Shown here: one piece after another, positions 36,136-49,809 of the stretch
Numbering within the stretch: the stretch's first letter is position 1
Layout: every line of letters begins with the position of its first letter
From: Octopus vulgaris
Lineage: Eukaryota
NCBI GenBank assembly: GCA_951406725.2
Contig: OX597827.1
Location: forward strand, 36,332,001-36,396,000
Direction of reading: 5' to 3'
Length of the DNA stretch: 64,000 bases
Position numbers and translations under genes: made by a program
The notes under the pieces: model-generated
The model's database searches: none
What the model saw: only the letters and a program-made list of their open reading frames with translations
Told to the model about the DNA's origin: nothing

Positions 36136-36139
36136 GCCT

Positions 36140-36870
36140 TATTTAGCCCTCACAATTTGGTTTTATCCCCAACTCCAGCTGCTGTAGTCGAGTTTCTTGA
36201 GGGCATAACCTAAGTTATTGATGGCGGCTCATGGGTGGATACTGTCTACCCTGATTTTGCTAAAGCCTTCAAAAGCCACGAGGAAGAAAAGGGACCCACT
36301 TGCGTGAAAATAGGGGAAGAAGTCTGGGTTAAGCTACCGAAGGTGCGCTGTACGTCTCAATGGAGCAGAGTTACGGTGATGGCAGTCAATTCCAGAAACG
36401 TCTCCGGGGATGGATGGAATGCTGTGACATGTCTTGAACCTTTGCAGGATTGTTGCTTCATCGGATGACGATTGTGGAGAGGAGAACGAGATGCCTAGCC
36501 TGAGAAGATCTCAATGCGCAAGGCGTCCTCCCAGTTTGATGGTGGGCTTCAACGTGGAGTAGAGAGAATGTGAACTTTAAGATCAAGATGGCATTTGGGA
36601 TAACATCAACAGCTGGGGAGCTGACTGGAACTTGGGACTGACTTGAAGAGGAAGGGCGCAGGAGTGACGCGCACGCAGGCAGGGGAGCATTGGGCTTTTT
36701 CGATCAGGGTAGCCGACAGAGCTGGACGTGTGAGCGCTTTGACAAGGTAAGGGAAAAGCAGCTGCTATTTTTAGCGTTTGGGTCGGGCCACATGGAAGGG
36801 TGCGTTACCACCGGAGAGATGTGCGTCAACGAGGAGGTAGGTGTCTTTATTTCAAATCTCCCGCATACAC
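36140..36870 (+). mobile_element. Short CR1 RT scrap joined to a Gypsy integrase tail, PPT and LTR relic
   Basis: VDTVY.DFAKAF (about 36235-36270) runs directly into IGEEVWVK.P..RCTSQW, then an LRRSQ..RRPP motif near 36500-36535; CpG-rich LTR-like segment follows. Confidence 0.6.
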
Positions 36871-37095
36871 CAGTCTTGTTATCTCTATTCTAGCTTTTGG
36901 TCAAGTAGAAGAGGTTAGAAAGAGTCAAGTGGTGAAGACATTATTTCAGCCTAGCTAAAGGCATCTGGAAAATGTAAAACTGCTGTCAGAGAAAGACCAT
37001 TGTTCCACTGTGGGAACAGTTCTGTTGCAGTGTTAATTTAAATTTGGCTATGGTGGATCGAATCCACTTCATGCATGCAAGATCACTACATATAT

Positions 37096-37141
<46 letters not shown>

Positions 37142-37212
37142 TATATATGTAAAAAATGTAATATATAAATAAATATCTACAAATATGAACCATCTGATCT
37201 GATTACCTCAAT

Positions 37213-37263
<51 letters not shown>

Positions 37264-37493
37264 CAGAATCACGCTGGATGCGGAGGAGGAGTGAAAATAA
37301 TAATTCAGTGAAGGAGAAGTAGTGAGAGTAATAGCACTGAGAGGGAGTGAGAGAAAGTAATAGCAATGTGAGAAAGGAAGGGGTGATAGATGAATACGGA
37401 TGGGAGGAGTGAAAAAAAATCAGCGTTTCAACTCTGTGTGAGTGTGCGTACAAGGAAGTATGTGAATGCTTGTATGTGTGATTATTATGTACC

Positions 37494-38050
37494 TTATTAC
37501 CTCAGCCTTAGCGAAGGCAGAGGTATTGTTTCAGTTGTGTTTGTTTATTTGTTTATTCATGGACAAGATATCTCAAGAACCACTGGATAGATTCGGATGA
37601 AACTTTCAGGGATGTTTGGCCTCATGACTGACACAAACTAATTAGATTTTGGGATAGATCCGGTATCGGATAAGGATTCTGGATTATTTTTCATATTTTC
37701 TTCACTTTACATGTATATGTAAAGGCTTCATTATTAGGATCTTTTCCTTTTGATAGGCCACTCGGAACACTTTGAAACTTCGTATACTGTTAGAATGTGT
37801 CATATAGAACATCTTTTACTCTTAGCGTTGTTGAGAAAAGTTTCTACTTTCAAAGTTATTTCGTGCTAAAGTTGTCGTATTTCGGTAATTTCAACCAATC
37901 GATGCCGTGTATTCAGCTAAATAAAATTACTGCTGTTGGTTGTCAACAACTTTCGGCGGTGTATATTTCGTTTGTCACTGTTCTTTATGAAATACATCAT
38001 CACATTTTATTGCATATTTTACGAATGAAAGAAACTAGATCCCTTAGGCC
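37494..38050 (+). mobile_element. Helentron/HINE-like non-autonomous rolling-circle element (3' end not identified)
   Basis: 5' ttattacctc with hairpin cctcagcctt-agcg-aaggcagagg, (tgtt)n tract and gattcggatgaaactt motif. Confidence 0.5.
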
Positions 38051-38088
38051 TTACTAATCAGACAAGACTGGATCTATAATTTACAATC

Positions 38089-38133
<45 letters not shown>

Positions 38134-38189
38134 CAATTGATCTCAGCTTTAAACAAATACTACAACTTCGAAAGCAAAAAGGATAACGG

Positions 38190-38330
38190 ATATAACCGGA
38201 AATTACTACACGGAGTTCTATATACGAAGAACTGTTTTATTTCACCGCTTCCGGTTGCAATTTATTTTCACCACGTGTGTATAACTTGAGATAGAAAATA
38301 TACGAAAAAGAGAAAAAACAGCCGTCAATT
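38190..38330 (+). promoter_or_regulatory. Probable MAK16 core promoter and 5' UTR
   Basis: CpG-retaining; two opposed ETS-type sites, ACCGGAAAT (38195-38203) and GCTTCCGGT (38247-38255); E-box CACGTG (38272-38277) just upstream of the ATG. Confidence 0.6.
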
Positions 38331-38345
38331 ATGCAGCACGATGAG
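38331..38345 (+). CDS. MAK16: MAK16 coding exon 1 (MQHDE)
   Basis: ATG CAG CAC GAT GAG|gtatgt; matches the MAK16 N-terminus MQxD(D/E); phase 0 into the next exon. Confidence 0.85.
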
Positions 38346-39059
38346 GTATGTATGTGTGTGTATATATATATGTATGTGTATATATACGTACAGGCATAGA
38401 TACATGAAGAACCCTTTTCCTTGTTTTCTTTTTAATTCTTTTCATAGTTCTTGATATACCTATCCTTATATATATATTTCTTGTGTACATGTATTAATGC
38501 CTTAGTCGTATTGATCCCTGTTTGAGATTACTTATACTTTGTGTCAAGTTAAAAAGTCACCAGAAAACCTTCGTAAATTAGACATTTAAAGCTTTTTATT
38601 ACTTTGTTTTTATTAAGGATATTGACACTAGTGAATTTTTGTTCGCTCGCATGTAATGCCGTTATATAATTTGGGTTGCAATTGTGAACAAGTCATGTGT
38701 TGTCGGAATCTGTCATCGAAAACATACGAACCCGCTGAAAAAAAAAAAAGGAAATGTCTGTTTTGTGTGTGTGTGTGTGGAAATGTACGTGAAGTCCGCT
38801 TGAAAGGCGGGGGTGAAATTTGAAAAATTTAAAATTTGGGAAAAGGGGAGGTTGAGGTGGGCATTTTAAATTTAGAAAAAGTGGGTTTTAAAGTTTCGGA
38901 AAAAGTTCAAGATTGTAAATTGTGGGGGAGGGGGTGATTTTTGTTTTTGCTTATTCGTAATTTCCGACATCTAAAACGTATGAATCCGAAAAAATATTTT
39001 CAAAAATACATTTTTCAAGCAGAGGTGCGAAACTGCATTAGTTCCGTTACTTTTATGGT

Positions 39060-39447
39060 ACTTTACTCTTTTACTTGTTTCAGTTATTTGACTGCAGCCA
39101 TGCTGGAGCACCGCCTTTAGTCGAGCAAATCGACCCCGGGACTTATTCTTTGTAAGCCCAGTACTTATTCCATCGGTCTCTTTTGCCGAACTGCTAAGTG
39201 ACGGGGACGTAAACACACCAGCATCGGTTGTCAAGCAATGCTAGGGGGACAAACACACACACATATAGATATATACATATATACGACAGGCTTCTTTCAG
39301 TTTCCGTCTACCAAATCCACTCACAAGACATTGATCGGCCCGGGGCTATAGCAGAAGACACTTGCCCAAGATGCCACGCAGTGGGACTGAACCCGGAACC
39401 ATTTGGTTGGTTAGCAAGCTACTTACCACACAGCCACTCCTGCGCCT
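39060..39447 (-). mobile_element. SINE family A, young full-length copy in MAK16 intron 1
   Basis: Complete head, body and tail with CpGs retained. Confidence 0.88.
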
Positions 39448-39881
39448 TGGTGAAATAATTTTCGGAGATTTTTTTACGAGTGAAAATTTTGATTTATTTT
39501 TATTTGATTTTGTTCTTGAATTTTATTCTCTGTCCACCGGTGAAACGAGGGCGACACAAATTAATGAATGTAAATAAAGGGCGGAGTTAATAAACGGAGA
39601 GTGAAGTAGATATGTGGATTTAGTGGAGATATGCGCTGGTCGCATATGGATTTACAGAGCACGAATGGCATGAAATGTGACAATTCACGAGAGAATTGCA
39701 ATACGTTTATAAAGCACGTAGCGGAAATTTATCCACAAAAATTTGAAGGTTTGTTACAGATAATGGCGCTTTTTCGTTTAAGCGTGACACCTAAAATATA
39801 TTTAATAAGAAATGATGAGCCAATCCAGAATCATTTGATTGGCGTGAGAGATGTTTACAATCTATAAATGTGTGTGTATAT

Positions 39882-39986
<105 letters not shown>

Positions 39987-40947
39987 ATATATATATATAT
40001 ATATATATATAAAGAGAGAGAGAGAGAAAAGCGTGAATGAGAATAACGACGGAAGGGTTAAAATGAAACAAAATTGAAGCCAAAACATTAGAAATTATTG
40101 AAAGTGGGTAGAAATAAACACTACGTAGTATAGCACAGCATATCGCCAAAGGTCTTGGTTACTTGTCATTACCTCTGTAAGGACCATAGTTCAAAGATTA
40201 CGCTTCACCACCATGTCCCATGTCTTCCTGGGTCTACCTCTACCATAGGTTCTCTCCAGTTAGAGAATGGCACTTCTTTACACAGCCCTGTACCATGTGT
40301 TTGCTTTGTCACAAACTCTCTGTATACTAGTCTAGTCTAGAGTAGGTACCGCTGGCTTCATTACATATAACGCCATCTAACTTCCTAGCTCCCCTGTATA
40401 CACAAATCCTATCGTTCTGGTCATATCCAGAAATTGCATGCAGTACATGAAGTTCTGTACATGTTTCCTTGTTTCATAGGGTTCGCATAGGTGGGGAACA
40501 TGTTATCCATTATTCTAAGTCTGCTATCATTATGTTGATTTTCGTATTGTGACAAAACTGAGTTCTTATAAACAATATAATATATATATATATTGTTGGA
40601 AACACTAATAATAAAATGAGACCAATAACAGAGTTGCTTCCCTTGGGTTTTATCTGAATTCTGGCCAGCTCTTGTGATTCGTCAGTCTATAATTATCATC
40701 ATCATCGTTTAATGTCCATCTTCCATGCTGGCATGAGTGGGACAGTTTGACAGGAACTGGACAGGCAGAAGCTGCACCAGACTTTTGTGACTGTTTTGGT
40801 AGGATTTTTACAGATGGATGCCTTTCTGAACACTAATAAAATACATAATATAATATATCGTTCATTCTATATTTGATGTGATTATATACATATATGGTAT
40901 ATGTTATCTCTATATTACTAAGTAGTAGTATCTGAATGACATCTCTC

Positions 40948-40992
<45 letters not shown>

Positions 40993-40994
40993 TA

Positions 40995-41242
40995 GAATTG
41001 TTGCCAAAAGTTTGGAACATTTAAAAAATAAATTTAAATTGTTATGCCCAAATACAATTTGATTCAAATATATACAACGTAGAGATATACTTACTTAATA
41101 ACTGATTCAATGGTTTAATATCTAGAAGAAAAAAATAGGTAAAATCAAAAATATAGTTTTAGACCAAATTGCTCACTTTTAATAAATAGATGCTAGTACA
41201 TCATGTATGTGAAATTATGTTCCAAACTTTTGGCCACAACTG
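40995..41242. mobile_element. Tc1/mariner-type MITE
   Basis: TIRs ttgt(t/g)gccaaaagtttggaacat; TA flanks. Confidence 0.8.
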
Positions 41243-41732
41243 TAGGAATGTAATTATGGAAACACCACTCGTGTCACACGGCATACCTAAAATTAACACA
41301 CAGCATATGTTACAAACAAGATAAGCATGTGATTGTAACTTTTACAGCTAAAATATATGCCATCGTCTGTTGGCAGGAGAACACAGCCGAGAAAAGGTAT
41401 TCTCAGTAATTCTAGATCTGCTAGGTTTTTGGCCCTTGGTCTCTTCTTGCCTTTACAATCAATCATGTATATTATTATTCATTTGTTTTTATTTCCCATA
41501 CCATCTTGGGTCAGATGAATATATTATTAGTACAGCTGGATACCTTCTTTTTGCTAACCCTTACCTATTTTTCATTAAAGAGCTATCGTATTCCATGTCT
41601 TTGAAGGTGCGAAGCCAGTGGACAACCTGTTGGCAGAGGAAATGATAACATCACTCTTTGGTTTTTAGCAATATTTGGGGGATGCACAATTGTAAACACA
41701 CGGATGCACATATACAAATGCATGTGTGTGTA

Positions 41733-42215
41733 ATCATCATCATTTAATGTCTATTTTCCATGTTGGCCGAGGTTGAATGGTTTGCCCAGAGTTGACAAGC
41801 TGGAGAGCTACTTTAGGTTCCAGTCTGATTTGACTTGGTTTCTATGGCTGCATGCACTGCCCAACACCAACGACTTTACAGAGTGTGCTAGGTGCTTCTT
41901 ATGTGGCCTGGTATGGGTGCTTTTTATGTGGGTCGGCAGGTGCTTTTCATGTGGGCCAGTATTATGGGTGCTTTTTACTTGGACTAGCACAAGGGCACTT
42001 TCAAGGCAAGTCCCCACCCTCCTTTGAGGGTAGGAGTTTAACAACTCTGCTATGGTTGATGGGTCTTCTTACTAAAACAAGGTACCACGTATCTTGGTCC
42101 TTTGTCATCCTCTTTGTAAGGCTCAGTGTCCTGAGATCAGCCTTCAGTACATCTTGTGACTTTTTGGGTCTTCGTCTTCCACTGTGATTGGCAATTGGCA
42201 CTTTATGCAGCTGTC
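41733..42215 (-). mobile_element. Decayed RTE LINE 3' end
   Basis: GRRRPKKS.DVLKADLRTL.LT remnant; family 3' UTR. Confidence 0.7.
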
Positions 42216-42734
42216 TACATCCATCACAGGGCCAAGCCAAACTAGTCCAGCAAATCTCAATGCAAATAAAGCTACAAATAATAGTGTGTAAATGTCGGGT
42301 TAAAAACCCTTTGGATAGATAAAGTCGAAGGTTGCTCATGGATTTGAACCCACATGATTCACCATTCCTCATTAAGGGTGGGAGGACTATGTTGAAAAAT
42401 ACACCTAATTTGGTTAGCCAGTGACCTTTCAACTAACCCTCATACATGTGACGTATTTTAAAGTGATTTAATTTATAACTTAATGTCAAAATTCCCTATT
42501 AATTTATGTTCCAAACATTTTGAAAATGAATTGAAACAAAGTCAAATGTATCTCAACAAAAGTGTTAAGGGACACAACTCCTGAAATTTAGCATCGAGTT
42601 CTGTTTTCATCTATTGTATAAAGTATTGATCTGTGAACATGTACTTGTTCATCGTTTTTGAAAAAAAGCAGTGAAGCTTTCAACAGTTAAAATTAGAAAC
42701 TTAATATACTGTTTTAATAATAATAATAATAATA

Positions 42735-42910
42735 ATTGTGTACAGTGCTCAGGTGCACTACAACTCATCTAAAGTGTATATATAATCAGGTGTAGTTTCG
42801 GCGGATTTCGGAAAGCATGAGGGCCTTAAAGGATGCAGTGTCATGGCAGTCAACAACTGACGCAGGCAGTTCATTCCATGCTTCAGCAACTCTGATCGTG
42901 AAAAAATGTA
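42735..42910 (-). mobile_element. CR1-type LINE extreme 3' end
   Basis: FFTIRVAEAWNELPASVV...SFK followed by an (ATT)n tail. Confidence 0.75.
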
Positions 42911-43113
42911 TTGATATTGAGTATATCAAACATGGTGTACTGGATCAGCTCCATTATGGTCAGTTATATAAAGTATCAGAATCTAGAATTATTGATTAAA
43001 ATTTGCAGCTCATAACAGTTCAGTTTGTATTATCTCCTTACTAATGTTAAGTTCCTTTTAGCTAAACCTAAATGCTATGGATAAGTTAATTATTATTATT
43101 GTTATTATTTCAG

Positions 43114-43160
43114 GTCATTTGGAGTATTATCAACAATACGTTCTGCTCTTTCAAGACAAA
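43114..43160 (+). CDS. MAK16: MAK16 coding exon 2 (VIWSIINNTFCSFKTK)
   Basis: tttcag|GTC...AA|gtaagt; conserved VIW...FCSFK. Confidence 0.95.
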
Positions 43161-43720
43161 GTAAGTTTTTGATGTGTATTCCTTTGTAAATCGTTGTTGG
43201 TATGTTAATGGACTACGAAGTGGGCAGATGGTAGAGTTGACAATGAGGTGGGCTATGTAACTGAGTTAGTTGACTATTTAGTAGAGTTAACAATGTAATG
43301 GTGGCGGGTATAGTTTGGTAGTAGTTGTACTGGCATTGTATTCATAATAGTAGTTGTTGTTAAAGCCCAAAGTTGCCTTGATTTAGCAGACTTGTATAAT
43401 GAAAGACTTCCCAACTGTGACCATCCCATTTTATATTTAGGCATAGTCTGTCGATAACTACATTTATCTAATGTGTTTTTCGTCCTAATTTGTGACCAGA
43501 CCAATCACCGTTTCACTGGATTTCTGGTGTTGAGAGTGATAAGGGATCAGTGTTTAGCAAATATCTCAAAGGACTTCAAGAATTGCTGTTTTTCTTTTAT
43601 TCATTAGTTTACATAGGTCTATACATGCATGGATATACACTGACAAACTTTTATAGTTTCCTTTCACTAGATTCTGTTCAGCTAGAATGCACACTGGGAT
43701 TGAATCTGGTACCATGTGGT

Positions 43721-43914
43721 CACTCTTTTACTTGTTTCAGTCATTTGACTGTGGCCATGCTGGAGCACTGCCTTTAGTCAAGCAAATCGACCTCAGGACT
43801 TATTCTTTGTAAGCCTAGTATTCATTCTATCAGTCTCTTATGCCGAACTGCTAAGTTACGGGGACGCAAGCATGCCAGTATCGGTTGTCAGGCGATGTTG
43901 GGGGGACAAACACA

Positions 43915-43957
<43 letters not shown>

Positions 43958-44150
43958 CATCATCATCATCATCGTACACATATACACGACGGGCTTCTTT
44001 CAGTTTCTGTCTATCAGATCCACTCACAAGGCTTTGGTTGGCCCGAGGCTATAGTAGAAGAGACTTGCCCAAGGTGCCATGCAGTAGGACTGAACCTTGA
44101 ACCATGTGGTTAGTAAGCAAGCTACTTACCACACAGCCACTCCTGCGCCT
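43721..44150 (-). mobile_element. SINE family A copy
   Basis: Same family as 10221-10568 and 39060-39447. Confidence 0.85.
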
Positions 44151-44743
44151 ATAACTTCTTAATCACACTGTCAAGCTTGCATTGGTAATGTATCCTTCTA
44201 TATTTTAAGATGTTAGGGTATAATTTGAAGGAAATATTTGGCTGCAGTTTCTAGCAGTACAAAGCAATAAGATTACCTAAATAGTGATGGCAGTAGTGTT
44301 CTTTAGTTCAAAATCAATCCTAATTGAGAATTATGATGAAAGACATTTCAAGTGTGATCATCCCATCTTAGTTTATGGAGGATAACATCATACAGTGTAT
44401 CTCTCATTGATCTATATTGAATTGTTGAGGGTGAATAGCCAAGATCACTAAATCTAATTGTCAGCAACTGTAGAACTTATATAATTACAACTGCAAGTAA
44501 CATTTCCTCAGGTCCTGATGCTGACTTGAAGTTACTCTGGTTCAGTAATTTAGAGTTTAACACACAAATAACTTTACTGTCCAAACTGTAATATTTTAGA
44601 TGGTGTTCTGAAGATCTTCATAACTTTTGCTATCAAAATACTCTTCCTAATCAGGCAAAAATTCATAAACATCTATATCTGATTCATATAATGACTTCAA
44701 GTATAAATCATTTCTTACAATAGGTAACTTACTGAAGTTATAT

Positions 44744-45733
44744 CAGGGTCATTCCATGTCAAATCAACCAGAGGATACTAGGTCATCCCTTCAGATCCCC
44801 CTGAAAAAAATTCATACTAGCTCCTGTACCTATATGATGGAAAAATATCAAGTATTAGGTCAATATCTTTGATAGTTTTGAAATTGTAGGCCTTTAAAAT
44901 ATTAATTATACATTTTTTCCTAATGAGCCTCTCGGACTAACTTGAGATAGCCATTTCTACTCTAATTTAGGTAAGCACAACTTTGAAATCATGTGTTTGG
45001 GCTTATCTTTTTCTGTAGAGTTCAAATATCTTATCAAGTGTATCTTGTATAATTTTTCATCTACAAGTTTCTGAAAATTGCCAAGAATTAAACGTACAGT
45101 AAATGTATGGTTCTTTTAGGTATTTTTATCTCAATAGGTACACTAGATAAAGCAACCACAATTGTTTTCTTGTTACTTAGCATATAGTAGACCATTTCTA
45201 AGCAGTAACCATGTTAGTTACTATTATGGGAGTGTCTGAATAAGTTTTTGAAATATGTTCGATTTCAAAATTTCTAAAAAGATGCCCGAAGTTGACCATG
45301 TGCGCAGCTCAATATCATTTTCAAATGTTTACCATGCATTCTTATACTTCTGAAGAAGATGTGACAGAAATTTGGTTTTGTTGCTGAGCTTCCTTTCAGA
45401 GTTATGAAGTTTTAATGCATCATATTAAAAGTTCACGTACTCATCCTGCTATCATGGAGTTCAGTTCTATATCTCAGTGTAACCTTGGAAGTCAATTGGA
45501 AGATGGATGTCACAAAATCACTTATTCAAGAATACAGGTATTTTTAAAATGCAGTCCTTTATCTGACAATGAAAAGACTAATTCATTGGAAATCTGGAGT
45601 TTTACTGCATGAAGATGACAATGTTTGCTTTCATCATGAGGTACAGGAGCTAGTGTGAATTTTTTCAGGGGATCTGAGGGGTGACCTGGGAAATTTTTTT
45701 TGAAACAGGATGATTTGATATGGAATAACCCTC
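44744..45733. mobile_element. Non-autonomous DNA transposon with long (~95 bp) terminal inverted repeats
   Basis: agggtcattccatgtcaaatca...cagatccccctgaaaaaaattcatactagctcctgtacct is complementary to aggtacaggagctagtgtgaattttttcagggggatctg...tgatttgatatggaataaccct; superfamily uncertain. Confidence 0.75.
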
Positions 45734-46011
45734 GGTAAGTCATTAAAAAAAATCAATCTACACTTCAAAAGTTGAAAATTTCACAGTATTTACAATTGTT
45801 AGGCAGAAATGGCTTTATCTTGTATTATCTTGAAACTAAGACCTTTTGATGTTATTTTTAGAATGGTATTTCAGGGTAGGTGTGAGAGGCCTGATTTGGC
45901 CATGTTGAAAATAAAACAAAGTATATGGGTTGCATACAGATAATTTAAATACTAAACGGTTAGAAGCAAACATTGTTTCAAATTTTTTTTTTTTCGTTAT
46001 TTAATTGATAG

Positions 46012-46121
46012 GACCCAGACACAAACACTTTGTAGAAATGAATTTAATGTGACAGGAGTGTGTGGTAGGAATGCCTGTCCCTTAGCCAACAGCCAGTATG
46101 CTACAGTCAGAGAAGAGAAAG
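46012..46121 (+). CDS. MAK16: MAK16 coding exon 3 ([37 protein letters not shown])
   Basis: atag|G...G|gtaagt; hallmark [25 protein letters not shown]. Confidence 0.98.
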
Positions 46122-46149
46122 GTAAGTACTTGCATTGAAAGTCATTTCT

Positions 46150-46385
46150 GTTTGTTTTTGTTTTTGTTTTTGTTTTTCCAGTTTCAGCTCTTGAGCTGTG
46201 GCCATGCTGGGGCACCGCCATTGTGGTGAAAGAGTACAGCAGGGATCACCACCCCCTGCCGGAGCCTCATAGAGCTTTTTAGGTGTTTTTCGCTCAATAA
46301 ACACACACAACGCCCGGTCTGAGAATCGAAACCGCGATCCTGCGACCGCGAGTCCGCTGCCCTAACCACTAGGCCATTGCGCCTC
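46150..46385 (-). mobile_element. Young tRNA-derived SINE (family C)
   Basis: Head ggcgcaatggcctagtggttagggcagcggactc..ggtttcgattc (A/B boxes); shares the cagcatggcc tail with family A; (CAAAAA)n end. Confidence 0.8.
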
Positions 46386-48405
46386 TGTTGTACATATTGT
46401 TATTTTTGTGGCATCAGCAAGACATTGCTTTGAGCCACTTGTAACTTTTCAAGAATGCATGTTCAAAATATATGCTCTGTGTCATGTTTCCTATGATTCT
46501 GAGGAGCTTTTTACCTCCATTATATTTTTGCCCTTTGGGGTGAGATTTGTGATTGTTTTTGTGAAATTTACTCATTTCCTTAAAAGATTTAAATGAAGCA
46601 TGGCATAGTATATTTTGGCTAAAAGTTTGTGGGGTCAGATTACAAATTGGAAGAGTTGTGTTTATACTACTGCTAGTGCTAAATGAAACAATAGTAACAA
46701 CTGTAAAACAGAAAAGCAAAATGTTGCCTCAACACACCTGCAATTTCCAGCAATAACTACCAACTCCAACATTACCATTAAAAGCAACACTAATAAAAAA
46801 AATGCATTTTGTTTTCACAAATCAACTGTTAACGAGTTTTCAAACACTGTACAACAGAATTATTTTATTTATCTTGGATTTTAACAAATGTTAAAATCCT
46901 CCTTACCAGGTCTGACTGAAACATAACATTAAGTAATCCAGAATCCGTATGGCAAATAACCTTTCATAAAACTATAAAGGAAAGCTGGAAAGTAGAGCAA
47001 GCAGTACATCAAAAACTAGAAAAGTGCCTTAAGCTAATCTTAGATACCAGAATGTATGTTGCTTTGGGAAAAAAAAGTATGACATGGTAGGGGTAGGGGG
47101 TGAGATTTCCTATAAGATGAGGCACTCTACAGTAATTCTAAAGAGTGATAAAGTGGTCCTCATACCAATCTATCTTCACTGAAGATTAGTGAGAATGAAA
47201 GTGGTTCATGTGCTCCTTGAAGTATATATATCTGCTGATTGGTTGGTGGCTGTTCTCTTCAACATAGTAGTAATATGGGACATTTACTGTAACATCACCT
47301 CACTGTATTCATCATAGAGGACAAAAGATATATTGCAGGTCTAGAGGCTGCTGGAAAAAAAATTGAACAGGCCAAGCGATGGAATTATGGAGCCAAATTA
47401 ATCAAGAAAGTTTGGAACTCTCCCTGGACACAAAACATCTCAAGGGTTTCTGTTCACATTGAAGGAAGCCCCTCACTGACCCCACTTCAGATGAAACCAT
47501 TGGAACAACACCACTAGCAATAAAGTCAATAGCAGTATCAACAACTGCATGTGACCATGACAACAACTGCAACAGTCTTCCATACTGACGTGGGTTGGGC
47601 AGCAACAGCAGCAGTTCCAACAAGCACAGTAAAAGAAACATTGTTTCTGAACAGACTAAACAGCACAACAACAGAACAAAAGACAGTGACTTCCAAACAT
47701 GTTCCTTCTCACTTGCAGCCACTCATATATTATTAAGCGAAGGTAAATGGGGAAGAAAGCAAATAGCAAAAAATAATAAACAATAAAGTATAAGGAAAAA
47801 AACCTGTTAACATAAAAAGCTGGGAGGTTTAAATGGATGAAAGAAACACCTCCAAACAATGACATGTCAACACCATCTCCAACGATACCAGTACTATCAA
47901 CATCATTGTCACCTTATGCAATCCTAGCCGATTGCCACAGCTTATTTTATTCCCCAGAGTGTATTGCACTAGCCTTTGTCTTCCTAAACTCTTGCATACT
48001 ATCACTGGATTTCAGAGTTAACTGTCTAAACTTTGAGCTGCAAAGCATCCATATACTCCAGCAGGAACTGGAGAGAGAGGGTGTGTATTGGCAGGGAATA
48101 CTCACAACGGGCTGCATCCTGGTTCACCACATGGACTAGCTAATCATCATCATCATCATCATCGTTTAGCGTCCGTTTTCCATGCTAGTATGGGTTGGAC
48201 GGTTCTACTGGGGTCTGTGAAGCCAGAAGGCTTCATCAGGCCCAGTCAAATCTGGCAGTGTTTCTACGGCTGGATGCCCTTCCTAACGCCAAGACAGTGA
48301 ATTATCAGCAAAAGGATTGCTAACACTACAGTCCTAGATGCATCCCATGTGAGAGAGAGAGATGCACATATGTGTATATTTATATAAATATATTTTTATT
48401 TTCAG

Positions 48406-48538
48406 GTGTGTGTTATCTTTATATGAAAGAAATAGAACGTGCAGCCTTTCCACAGAGAATGTGGGAGAAGATTCAGTTGGATAACAATTTTGAAAAAGCT
48501 ATGGAACAGATTAATACAAAGATGCTTTACTGGCCTTC
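48406..48538 (+). CDS. MAK16: MAK16 coding exon 4 (GVCYLYMKEIERAAFPQRMWEKIQLDNNFEKAMEQINTKMLYWPS)
   Basis: tttcag|GT...TC|gtgagt; conserved YLYMKxIERAxFPxxxWE..YWP. Confidence 0.98.
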
Positions 48539-49109
48539 GTGAGTAGATTTCAGTTTTATAACATTTGTAACAGGATAGTGATATTGACTTGCTTGAAATA
48601 GCAACTAGGTTCCCTTAAAACAGACTGTTTTGAAAGACAAAAACTACATTGTATGAGGTAGTCCTGGAGGTTCACTACTTGAAGAAGAGATATGGTTATG
48701 ACATGAATAACTTTGACCATAGGCTTTCTCAGTTATTGATGAAATTGGTTTACAATGTGGGCAGGTATTTTACACTAATTCTTTTTCATCATCATCATTT
48801 AACATTTACTCAAGAATCCTTCAAATGGGCAAAGAATTAGAGATGTTTTTAATGAAGCCTTGGGGGTAACAAAGAACCATATCAGATAGCTAAAAGGAAA
48901 GCTCAGCATCAGGTCTATGTAGAGTTAGGGTAGAAGTAGAAAAGAAGAGGTTTGCCAATGTCTTTCAGCATGAAGATCTGAGACTTGAGGTGCTTCTGAT
49001 TGCTAAACAGTGTGTCAGAGAGAATTGAGATGTCGTGGGAAGGAAGTGTATATGAATGGATAATGGTAGGCTTGCACTTACTGATTCTGAAAAAAAAGAG
49101 ACATGAAAG

Positions 49110-49235
49110 AGCTATTGTGAAGAAAAATTTGTATCTATGTTCCTTGTCCACAAGCTGTCTAGCTGAGGCTCCCCTCCATCGTACCTCTTGCACACAGCAC
49201 ACATCTACATCACTGTTATTCTCTATCCACTCCCT
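49110..49235 (-). mobile_element. RTE APE endonuclease N-terminal fragment
   Basis: DVCCVQEVRWRGASAR....HRYKFF. Confidence 0.7.
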
Positions 49236-49809
49236 TCCTTCACTCAATCTGTCTCTCTAACTCTCTCTCCCCCTCTCTCTATTCCCCTCTCCTCTCACCC
49301 ATCCTCCTGTATTTAACATGTTACATTTGTCTTACCTGTCAGTGCTATGAATCTCCTCTCTCTCACTGTGTCTATCCCTCCTCTTTACTGCTTTACCTCT
49401 CACTTCAACTATACCTCCTATTCTTAACAAGATTTATTTTCTCTCTTTTTACCTCTTCCTTTAAAGTATGTGTGATATATACTACAGGTATGTATATAAA
49501 AGAAAGAAAAAAGGTATACTTAGGATGTGTTTGTGTACACTCAAATATGGAAAAACATTCACTACAGTAATTGTCTTAGAACGGATGTGTATGAAAACGT
49601 GGAGCTGGACTCTGAATGACTTCAGTTGCTCATAACCCAATAAGGACTAATATCTTACAGAATCAAGATAAAGAGGTTATTTCTGTATATTAGAATTATC
49701 CAACCCATGTCATGATGTAAATATAGATGTTATTAATCTTGATATTACGTTGTTTTTTAATTATTACTTTCCCCACTACTTCACTTTTTTTATCATTGTT
49801 TCATTTTAG

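Noticed and set aside
46300-46385. tRNA-like sequence
   Set aside because: Head of a SINE; no complete cloverleaf or acceptor stem
46780-48080. Possible decayed L1/Tx1-type ORF1
   Set aside because: Only faint remnants (WLVAVL, IEG.P); insufficient to support a call
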